Source of the DNA: Terriglobia bacterium
GTDB taxonomy: Bacteria; Acidobacteriota; Terriglobia; 20CM-2-55-15
Length of the DNA stretch: 64,000 nt
Assembly (NCBI GenBank): GCA_965198265.1
Contig: CBDAPB010000036.1
Span: forward strand, 481,431-545,430
Reading direction: 5' to 3'
Positions within the stretch are counted from its first letter, which is position 1. Each line of letters begins with the position of its first letter. The translations under genes and the position numbers were made by a program. This document shows positions 28,478 to 36,355 of this stretch, piece after piece. The notes beneath the pieces were generated by a model, which ran no database searches, was not told where the DNA came from, and saw only the letters and a program-made list of their open reading frames with translations.

Positions 28478-30090
28478 TTCCAACCATCTTTATCTTCCTC
28501 TATCTCACCGGCGCCCTCTACATCGGCCTGTTTGCGTCCCGCCGCGCACGGAAAGCGAACGCGGAAGACTTCTTCCTCGCAGGCCGTTCGATAGGGTCGT
28601 TCGTGTTCGTCCTGTCGCTGTTCGGCACCCACATGACGGCCTTCTCGATCCTCGGTGCTTCCGGGTTCTCGTTCACGAACGGGATCATGACCTTCGGTCT
28701 GATGGCCTCGTCCTCTGCGCTCGTCGTGCCGGTGCTGCTCTTTTTCATCGGCACGCGCTTGTGGGCCTTGGGCAAGCGCCACGGTTTCATCACGCCAGTG
28801 CAGATGTTCCGGGACCGTTGGGAGTGTTCCCATACCGGGACACTGATCTTCGCAGTGCAGGCGGCGCTGCTGGTGCCCTACATCATCATCGGCGTGATGG
28901 GTGGCGGCACGACGCTCGAAGTGATCAGCGGCGGCCGAGTTCCTTACTGGGCGGGGGGCTTACTCGTTGCCCTGGTGGTCATGAGCTACGTGCTTTTCGG
29001 AGGCATGCGCGGTACCGCCTGGGTGAACACGTTCCAGACTCTGCTGTTCCTGGTCTTCGGAGCCCTGGCCGTCGCCGTCATCGGGCGAGGGATGGGAGGG
29101 TTCGGAACCGTCATGGAGCGGTTGCTCGATTCACCGTCAACCGCAAGCCTGCTGAGCCACGAAACTGTCGCTCCGCTTTTCTTCTTGAGCTACATGTTCA
29201 TCCCGCTGTCGGCGATCGCGTTTCCGCACATCGGAATCTTCTGCCTCACGGCCCGCCGGATGAAGCAGTTCAAACACACGATGATCTTCTACCCGCTGTG
29301 CATCCTCGCCGTATGGGTGCCGAGCGTCTACCTGGGCGTTGCAGCCAACGGGGCGGTGGACATCCCGGCGATTCAGGAGAAGCTCCAGGCGCGCGCCCAG
29401 CTTGCCGAGCAGGGTGCCCTCATCTCGCCCGCCGAACGCCAGGCCTTTCGAGGGGCGGCGCGAGGGGACGATGTTCTCATCCTGCTGCTCGATCGTTATG
29501 CTTCGGTCTGGCTCGCAGGTTTGCTCGGTGCGGGAATCATGGCGGCCGTGATGGCCAGCGACTCGCAGATCCTGGCGCTGTCGACGATGTTCGCGGAAGA
29601 TATATTCGCTTACTACGGTGCCAGGGAACGATTTGGTGAACGGGTGCAGATCCTAACGGCGCGGGCTTTCGTCATCGCCCTAACCTCCATCGCCTACCTC
29701 ATTGCCCTTCGTGCGCCCGCGTCGATCTTCAACCTGGCCGTGCAGTACGCCTTCACCGGGTATGCCGCCCTTGCGCCTTTACTGGTAGCGGCCATTTACT
29801 GGCGAGGAAGTACGAAGTGGGGCGCACTGGCGAGCACCGCCTGGGTCGCCTCGTCCGTCGTCGCTGTCGCACTTTTCCAGCAGGTGGTGCCCGCCCCTGC
29901 AGGCCCCCCGACCTTCGGCTTCTCGGTGGCCGGGATGGAGGTCCTGGTTCGCACCGCCGGGGGCACCGCCGTCCTGGGATTGATGCCGGTCGTACCGATC
30001 ACCGTAATTTCGGCCCTGGTCCTGATCGGCGTGTCTGCGATTACGCCAAAGCCGTCGGAAACTACGCTCGCACGGTATTTTGGCAAGTGA
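28474..30090 (+). CDS. Sodium:solute symporter family protein
   Basis: [10 protein letters not shown]; [13 protein letters not shown]; many TM helices. Confidence 0.93.
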   Translation: MIPTIFIFLYLTGALYIGLFASRRARKANAEDFFLAGRSIGSFVFVLSLFGTHMTAFSILGASGFSFTNGIMTFGLMASSSALVVPVLLFFIGTRLWALGKRHGFITPVQMFRDRWECSHTGTLIFAVQAALLVPYIIIGVMGGGTTLEVISGGRVPYWAGGLLVALVVMSYVLFGGMRGTAWVNTFQTLLFLVFGALAVAVIGRGMGGFGTVMERLLDSPSTASLLSHETVAPLFFLSYMFIPLSAIAFPHIGIFCLTARRMKQFKHTMIFYPLCILAVWVPSVYLGVAANGAVDIPAIQEKLQARAQLAEQGALISPAERQAFRGAARGDDVLILLLDRYASVWLAGLLGAGIMAAVMASDSQILALSTMFAEDIFAYYGARERFGERVQILTARAFVIALTSIAYLIALRAPASIFNLAVQYAFTGYAALAPLLVAAIYWRGSTKWGALASTAWVASSVVAVALFQQVVPAPAGPPTFGFSVAGMEVLVRTAGGTAVLGLMPVVPITVISALVLIGVSAITPKPSETTLARYFGK

Positions 30091-30091
30091 C

Positions 30092-30150
30092 GAACCGCCC
30101 CGTCTGCGCCTGCGGCGCATCCTCCCCTCCTTGGACAAGGAGGGGAGTCG
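30092..30150. repeat. REP-like palindrome
   Basis: TGCGCCTGCGGCGCA followed by CTCCCCTCCTTGGACAAGGAGGGGAG. Confidence 0.65.
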
Positions 30151-30169
30151 GTTCTCCTCATCACAAGCA

Positions 30170-30285
30170 ACTGACTACTGGCTACTGACTACTGACTGAC
30201 TACTGACTACTGAAAAAGAGGCACATTCTCAAATGGTGTGACACTCAAGACTACTGACTACTGACTACTGACTACTGATTTCTGG
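30170..30285. repeat. Two short arrays of the heptamer (CTGACTA)n upstream of receptor 3
   Basis: ACTGACTACTGGCTACTGACTACTGACTGACTACTGACTACTG and GACTACTGACTACTGACTACTGACTACTG. Confidence 0.85.
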
Positions 30286-30358
30286 TATCTTTTCCGCTAC
30301 AGTCGTCCGTGATTAATGATAGGAGTGGGACGGGAACCTTCCCGTTCAGAGGAGATCG

Positions 30359-33300
30359 ATGAAACTACAACGGGTTGCGACGGGTGTTTGCCTCGTCGCC
30401 CTGATACTGGCCATCACGAGTGTCGCCGTGGCGCAGACCGTGCGGGGCTCGGTTTCGGGAGTTGTTCGGGATCCGTCCGGCGCCGTCGTTCCTGGAGCTG
30501 AAGTTGTCTTAAGACAGCCGGACACAAACCGTACACGGACTCTCTCATCCGACCCGGAAGGCGAATTCGCTTTCACGCTACTGCCACCGGGAGGCTATGA
30601 ATTGGAGATTCGCCGCGACGGGTTTCAGGTCGGCAACCACTCGCTCGTCCTGCAGCTCAACCAGAATGTTCGGATCGAACACGAACTGGCCGTTGCCGGC
30701 GCTGCCGAAGTCGTCGAAATTGTCGAAGGCGAGTTTCTCCGAGTCGACACCGCGTCGCGTAGTACAGTCATCGACAATCGACAGGTGACCCAGCTTCCAC
30801 TGGACGGGCGGAACTTCTTCGAGCTGAGCCTGCTGGTTCCGGGAAGCGCCCCTGCCGCACAAGGTTCTGCGGGCTCGGTGCGCGGCGACTTCTCGATCCA
30901 TGTCAGCGGCAGCAGGGAGGATTCCAACCTGTTTCTTCTCGACGGCGTTTACAACGGCGATCCGAAGCTCAATGGTGTGGGTGTAAATCCACCCGTGGAC
31001 GCGATTCATGAGTTCGAAGTGCTCGGCGTCAACCACCCCGCTTCCTTCGGCCGCAATTCCGGTGGTCAGGTGAACGTCGCGCTCAAATCCGGAAGCAATG
31101 ACGTTCACGGTACGGTGTTTCAGTTCTTCCGCAACGCGGCTCTGGACGCGCGCAACCGTTTTGCGCCGGCCGGTGAGCCGGATCCCAAGTTCCAGCGGAA
31201 CCAGTTTGGTTTCACGCTCGGGGGCCCGATCCGCCGGGATCGAACTTTCTTCTTCGGCGACTACGAGGGACGCATTCTCCGTGAAGGCATCACGCGCCTC
31301 GCCTCGGTCCCGACTGCTGCTGAGCGCGCGGGCGATTTCACGGCCAGCAGGCTGCCGGTTCCGAACGTTCCGGGCGTGGGACCGTTGCCGCAGATACCGG
31401 GCTTTTTCCAACACCCGGTGGGCCAGGCGATCGCCGCTCTCTACCCGTTGCCGAACCGATCCTCACCCGGAGCGAATTTCGTCAGCTCGCCGACGCTCGG
31501 TGACGACGAGCACCACTTTGATGTGCGTATCGACCACGCCTTTACCCCGAGCTCCGAGTTCTCTGCGCGCTACAGTTTCGCCGACCGCGACCTTTTCGAG
31601 CCCTTTTCGGGACCGACGTTCTCATTCGTACCCAACTACGGCAATCAGGTGCTGCGCCGGGTCCAGAACCTGATGATCGGAGAGACGCATGTTTTCTCGC
31701 CGGCATGGATCAACGAAGCTCGCTTTGCGTTCCATCGAGTGGCTATCGCCGTCAACCAGGAAGGGCAGGGCACGAGTCTCAACAGCCAGGTCGGACTGCC
31801 GGACATCTCGACCAAGCCGCGTGACTCCGGCCTGAGCTTCATCCGTATCAGCGGACTTTCGCCGCTGGGTCACGAGTTCAACAACCCCCAGGCCAGCGAG
31901 TCGAACACGTTCCAGTTGATCGACCAGGTCGGTTACGTGAGCGGACGCCACAATATCAAGTTCGGCGGTGAGTTCCGCTCCATGCGGCAGGACGCTTTCC
32001 GTGACGTTCAATCGCGAGGCATCCTCCAGTTTCTGGGTGTGTTCACCGGTAATCCGCTGGCCGATCTGCTGATGGGTCTGCCCACGGTCACGGGCGTTGC
32101 CAGGCTGGACAACCCACAGCGACTTCGGTCCGAGAGCGTCGCCGCTTTCTTCCAGGACACGTACCGGATCCGGCCCGACCTGACGCTGACGGCCGGGCTG
32201 CGCTATGAGTACACCTCGCCGCCGGTCGACGCGGATGATCGCGCCAACCTGTACGATCCGTCGACGGGCGGACTGGTTCCGGTAGGGACGGGAGGTGTTC
32301 CGCGGAGCGGCTATTTCGACGACCGCAACAACGTTGCTCCCAGCATCGGGCTGGCATGGGCGCCGGGCAGCGGCGATACGGTCCTCCGAGGGGGTTACGG
32401 GATCTACTACGATCACTCGGCCCTCGCTCCCGGCGAAGGGCTGTATTTCAACTCGCCGTACTTCGACTTCGGGCTGTTCTTTTCGCTTCCCCCGCAGGGG
32501 CCGTTCCCTGGATTCACATTGACGTTGACCGATCCGTTTCCGCTCGACACGTTCCCCTTTCCGACGCCGGCTTCGGCGCTGACGTTCGATCGCAATCTGC
32601 GGACGCCGTATGCCCAGCATTGGAATTTCGGGATACAACAGAGCCTGGGAGACACACGCAGCCTCGAGCTGGCTTACGTCGGGACGAAAGGCACTCGACT
32701 GATCAGTGCGCGCGACAGCAACCAGCCCGCGCCGTCGACCGCGCCGCGCAACCTTCGCCCGAATCCGCTGTTCGACGACATCGTTCAGGTCGAATCGCGA
32801 TCGAGCTCCATCTACCACGCGCTCCAATCCCGCTTCCAGGAGCGCCTCTGGTGCGGCATGACGATGCTGGCCTCCTACACCTGGTCGAAATCACTCGATG
32901 ACGCATCGGGGTTCTTCGCCACTGCGGCCGACCCGAACTTTCCTCAGGACTCGAACAACCTGGCGGCCGAGCGAGCGCGGTCGAACTTCGATGCGCGGCA
33001 CCGCTTCTCGCTGGGCTACAACTATGACATCCCGCTCGGTTCGCTCGCCGAAAGCTCATTGGTGCGGCACATTTTCGGGGGTTGGCAGACGAACGGCATC
33101 CTGGCCCTTCAGAGCGGACGACCGTTCACGGTGGCGCTGCTGCCGGAGCTGGACAACAGCAACACAGGCCGTTCAGTTCTGGGGTTTGGAGCCAACGACC
33201 GGCCGAATCTCATCAGCAACCCGGGGATCTCCAGCCCCTCCTCCGACGCCTGGTTCGACACGAGGGCTTTTGCGATGCCTCCGTTCGGCAGCTTCGGCAG

Positions 33301-33535
33301 CGCGGGGCGCAACCTGCTCGAGGGACCCGGGCTGGCCACCTGGAGCGTGTCTCTGGTCCGGACGATGCAGCCGACCGAACAGATGAGCCTCCAGTTTCGC
33401 GTGGAAGCGTTCAACCTCTTCAACCGGGGGAACCTGGATTTGCCCGACAGTTTCTTCGGTTCGCCGACCTTCGGTCAGGTGCTCTCAGCCGACAGCCCCC
33501 GCCGGTTGCAGTTCGGCCTCAAGTTGCTCTTCTAA
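30359..33535 (+). CDS. TonB-dependent receptor (Oar-like) 3
   Basis: DPSGAVVPGA; LPLDGRNF; KSGSNDVHG; RNQFGFTLGGPI; ends QFGLKLLF. Confidence 0.93.
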   Translation: MKLQRVATGVCLVALILAITSVAVAQTVRGSVSGVVRDPSGAVVPGAEVVLRQPDTNRTRTLSSDPEGEFAFTLLPPGGYELEIRRDGFQVGNHSLVLQLNQNVRIEHELAVAGAAEVVEIVEGEFLRVDTASRSTVIDNRQVTQLPLDGRNFFELSLLVPGSAPAAQGSAGSVRGDFSIHVSGSREDSNLFLLDGVYNGDPKLNGVGVNPPVDAIHEFEVLGVNHPASFGRNSGGQVNVALKSGSNDVHGTVFQFFRNAALDARNRFAPAGEPDPKFQRNQFGFTLGGPIRRDRTFFFGDYEGRILREGITRLASVPTAAERAGDFTASRLPVPNVPGVGPLPQIPGFFQHPVGQAIAALYPLPNRSSPGANFVSSPTLGDDEHHFDVRIDHAFTPSSEFSARYSFADRDLFEPFSGPTFSFVPNYGNQVLRRVQNLMIGETHVFSPAWINEARFAFHRVAIAVNQEGQGTSLNSQVGLPDISTKPRDSGLSFIRISGLSPLGHEFNNPQASESNTFQLIDQVGYVSGRHNIKFGGEFRSMRQDAFRDVQSRGILQFLGVFTGNPLADLLMGLPTVTGVARLDNPQRLRSESVAAFFQDTYRIRPDLTLTAGLRYEYTSPPVDADDRANLYDPSTGGLVPVGTGGVPRSGYFDDRNNVAPSIGLAWAPGSGDTVLRGGYGIYYDHSALAPGEGLYFNSPYFDFGLFFSLPPQGPFPGFTLTLTDPFPLDTFPFPTPASALTFDRNLRTPYAQHWNFGIQQSLGDTRSLELAYVGTKGTRLISARDSNQPAPSTAPRNLRPNPLFDDIVQVESRSSSIYHALQSRFQERLWCGMTMLASYTWSKSLDDASGFFATAADPNFPQDSNNLAAERARSNFDARHRFSLGYNYDIPLGSLAESSLVRHIFGGWQTNGILALQSGRPFTVALLPELDNSNTGRSVLGFGANDRPNLISNPGISSPSSDAWFDTRAFAMPPFGSFGSAGRNLLEGPGLATWSVSLVRTMQPTEQMSLQFRVEAFNLFNRGNLDLPDSFFGSPTFGQVLSADSPRRLQFGLKLLF

Positions 33536-33537
33536 GG

Positions 33538-34188
33538 ATGATCCGAAGCGTCTCGTCGAGGCGACCTGCCCGCTCGGAATTTTCGCCAGAGGAACGGCTG
33601 ATCATTCGCGAGCACCGGACCCCCCTCCAGGTACAACGCTACCTTCGCGGCCTACCCTACAACTGGGAGAACACCCTGAGAACGTTCCGAAAAGTGGTCG
33701 AGTACCACCGCGCCAACTGCATCGAGGCGGCGCTGGCCGGAGCCACGATCATGGAACAGCACGGCTATCCGCCATTGCTGCTCGACATTGAGTCCGTGGA
33801 TGGGCTGGATCATGTCCTGTTCCTGTTCAAGGTTCGTGGCCGGTGGGGAACCATCGCCAAATCCCGGGATGTCGGCCTGCATGGTAGGAAGCCCATTTTT
33901 CGAAGCCTGCGAGACCTGGTCTTTAGTTATTTCGATCCGTACATCGATGGGACGGGAAGAATCAATGGCTACGGCGTCGTCAATCTGGACGACTTGACGA
34001 CGGCCAATTGGCGTCTTTCCAAACAGAATGTTTGGGTTGTTGAAAGACGCCTGATCGATATGCCCCACAAGTCGCTCGAGACGTCTGATCGACGCTACGA
34101 ACAAACTCTGAACCGATTCCAGCGATTCAAGAAGATTTACCCGGACAAGCCTTTCACTGCGTACCACAATCGCCACCAGTGGATGTAG
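33538..34188 (+). CDS. Vasohibin-like / transglutaminase-fold cysteine protease
   Basis: ATG 2 nt after the receptor stop; ANCIEAAL, DHVLFLF, RWGTIAKSR...FRSLRDLVFSY match the vasohibin Cys/His/Ser motif layout. Confidence 0.7.
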   Translation: MIRSVSSRRPARSEFSPEERLIIREHRTPLQVQRYLRGLPYNWENTLRTFRKVVEYHRANCIEAALAGATIMEQHGYPPLLLDIESVDGLDHVLFLFKVRGRWGTIAKSRDVGLHGRKPIFRSLRDLVFSYFDPYIDGTGRINGYGVVNLDDLTTANWRLSKQNVWVVERRLIDMPHKSLETSDRRYEQTLNRFQRFKKIYPDKPFTAYHNRHQWM

Positions 34189-34302
34189 CTCGAACCTGTC
34201 GAGAGGCGACGCTGGTCCGAACTCATGTAGCGACTGAAGAGTGTGAAATTCCAGTGCCAGTCGGAGTACAATCCGCGGATACGACAACCCCGAGGAGGAC
34301 CC

Positions 34303-35172
34303 ATGAGAAGAATGCCGGCAACCGCCCTGACCCTCGCATTTGTCCTGATAGTCGCAACCCTGCCCGCGCTGGCGCAGCGCGGAGGGGGAGGGCGATCCGA
34401 AAGGATCGACGTGATGCAGATGCCGCGGCCGATCGAGGCGCTCGATACCGTTTGGATCGAGGAAATGACCTCACTGGAGGTCCGGGATGCCCTCCGGGCG
34501 GGCAAGACGACGGCTCTGGTCCTCGCCGGAGGCATCGAAGAGAACGGGCCTTACCTGACGACCGGCAAGCACAACCACGTCCTGAGAGTCGTCGGAGAGG
34601 CAATCGCCCGAAAACTCGGCAACGCCTTGATCGTTCCCATCGTGACGATCGAACCCGGCGATCCGGCGACCAGGACCACGCCGGGAACGGTGATCGTCTC
34701 CCGGCCGACCTACAAGGCCTGGCTCAGCGACATCGCCACGAGCCTGAGGTCCCAGGGCTTTGCGAACATCGTGATGATCGCCGACAGCGGCGGCAACGTG
34801 ACGCCGATGCGGGAAGTCACCGAGGCCCTGAACTCAAGTTGGAATGGCGACAAGGCGACCGTGCACTACATCGACGAGGCCTACAACTACGACGAGATCC
34901 TGGCGTACCAGAACGAGGTCATGAAAGTCGAAGAGGTGCGTTATTCCGAGGGCTATCACGACAATTACTACATCACGTCGATGATCATGAACGACAACCT
35001 GGATTACGTCCGCTTGAACCAGCGCATCAAGGCGAATAAGGCTTCGATCAACGGCATCAGCCTCCTGCCGGTCGAAAAGAGCCTGGCCCACGGTCGGGCG
35101 CTGATCGAGATGAGAGCCGACGTCAGCGTCGCCGCAATCAAGAAAGCGGTGGCGGAGGCTTCTTCGAACTAG
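34303..35172 (+). CDS. Secreted creatininase-family protein with non-canonical active-site motifs
   Basis: RBS GGAGG; signal peptide; WIEEMT, GGIEENGPYL, DSGGN; stop TAG is part of the IS5 CTAG. Confidence 0.85.
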   Translation: MRRMPATALTLAFVLIVATLPALAQRGGGGRSERIDVMQMPRPIEALDTVWIEEMTSLEVRDALRAGKTTALVLAGGIEENGPYLTTGKHNHVLRVVGEAIARKLGNALIVPIVTIEPGDPATRTTPGTVIVSRPTYKAWLSDIATSLRSQGFANIVMIADSGGNVTPMREVTEALNSSWNGDKATVHYIDEAYNYDEILAYQNEVMKVEEVRYSEGYHDNYYITSMIMNDNLDYVRLNQRIKANKASINGISLLPVEKSLAHGRALIEMRADVSVAAIKKAVAEASSN

Positions 35173-35988
35173 GGCGTGTTAACACTAACGTAGCGCCTCG
35201 ACGATGAGAGCGAAGTGAAGGAAGGCGAGGAACATGACGTCGAGTTTATCGAAACGGGAGAAGATACGCCGGAAACCTTTGAGTCGGCGGAAGAGCCTCT
35301 CGACTTCGTTCCTGCGGCGGTAGAGAAGGCGGTCGTATTCCCACGGCTCCAAGCGGTTGCGCTTGGGCGGCACGACGGGAATCCACCTAAAATCCAGAGC
35401 CAATTGGCGGGTCTGGTCGTCTTGGTAGGCACGGTCCATCAGCAGCGGCAGCGGCGCGGGCAACGGCCCCAGGCCGGCGAGCAGATCGCGGCCCTGCGGG
35501 GCATCGTGCGCTTGGCCGGGCGAGAGCGCAAACGTTATTGCCGTTCGAGCATTCGCGGCAACCAGATGAATCTTGGTGGTCCATCCGCCGCGGGATTTGC
35601 CGATCGCTTGCGGACCGTTTTTTTTAACGCACCCGTGCCGTCGGGATGAACCTTCACAATGGTTGAGTCCATCGAAACGGCTTCGATCCGGATGCGGACC
35701 AGTTGCTCGCGCTGGAGTTTTTCGAAGACGGCGTCGAGCACGCCGTTCTTGGACCAGCGGTTCATCCGGGTGTAGATGGTGTGCCAGTTGCCAAAGCGCT
35801 TGGGCAGACCGCGCCACTTGCAGCCCTGCTCAGCAACATACAAAATGGCGTTCAAGACCGCCAGGTTCGAAAGACTGACGTTGCCCCGCTGACGCGGCAG
35901 TTCCGGCTCGATGCGACAATACTGCTCCTGTGTGATCTCCATGCCTGATTATAAAACATTTATGCTCATTAGTGTTAACACGCCCTAG
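35169..35988 (-). mobile_element. IS5-family (IS427-like) insertion sequence, 16-bp TIRs, CTAG flanks
   Basis: CTAG|GGCGTGTTAACACTAA ... TTAGTGTTAACACGCC|CTAG. Confidence 0.92.
35185..35942 (-). CDS. IS5-family transposase in two frames joined by a -1 frameshift
   Basis: OrfA GCKWRGLPKRFGNWHTIYTR...MDSTIVKVH; OrfB IGKSRGGWTTKIH, MDRAY, YRRRNEVERLFRRLK; slippery A8 (T8 on plus strand) at 35618-35625. Confidence 0.9.
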
Positions 35989-36259
35989 TGGCCTGTAACA
36001 GTGCTATCGGCACCATCGCCGATGGGTCTTGCGGGCGAGGTCGAGGAGGGAGACGGAAAGCGATGCTCATTCATCGGTGACGGCTTCCGACAAAGAGATC
36101 GCCCGCAACCCCCATCGGCCCGAAGGGTTCGGCCCAACGGCGCCGTCTTCGGTGTCGTAACGCCCTCGCAATGAAACAGCATTGGCTCGGGCGTCACTCC
36201 TAGAATCCGACGCCGTTCCGCCGAACGCTGGTACCGATAGCACTGTTACAGGTCACTAG
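35985..36259 (-). mobile_element. 275-bp MITE, family A copy 3, sharing its CTAG with the IS5
   Basis: Same sequence family as copies 1 and 2; CTAG 35985-35988 is common to both elements. Confidence 0.92.
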
Positions 36260-36285
36260 CGCATCTCGTTCTTTGTCCTGCCCAC

Positions 36286-36326
36286 AAAAAATAGCGGCGG
36301 TCAGTAAACAGCAATGACCGCCGCTA
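36286..36326 (-). terminator. Rho-independent terminator of receptor 4
   Basis: TAGCGGCGGTCA...TGACCGCCGCTA stem with A6 on the left (U-tract on the minus strand). Confidence 0.8.
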
Positions 36327-36355
36327 CAGCTCAAGTCTTCAGGCAGTTCAAGTCT

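Noticed and set aside
33082-33537. N-terminal 152 aa of the 368-aa ORF
   Set aside because: Overlaps receptor 3 out of frame; the plausible start is ATG 33538
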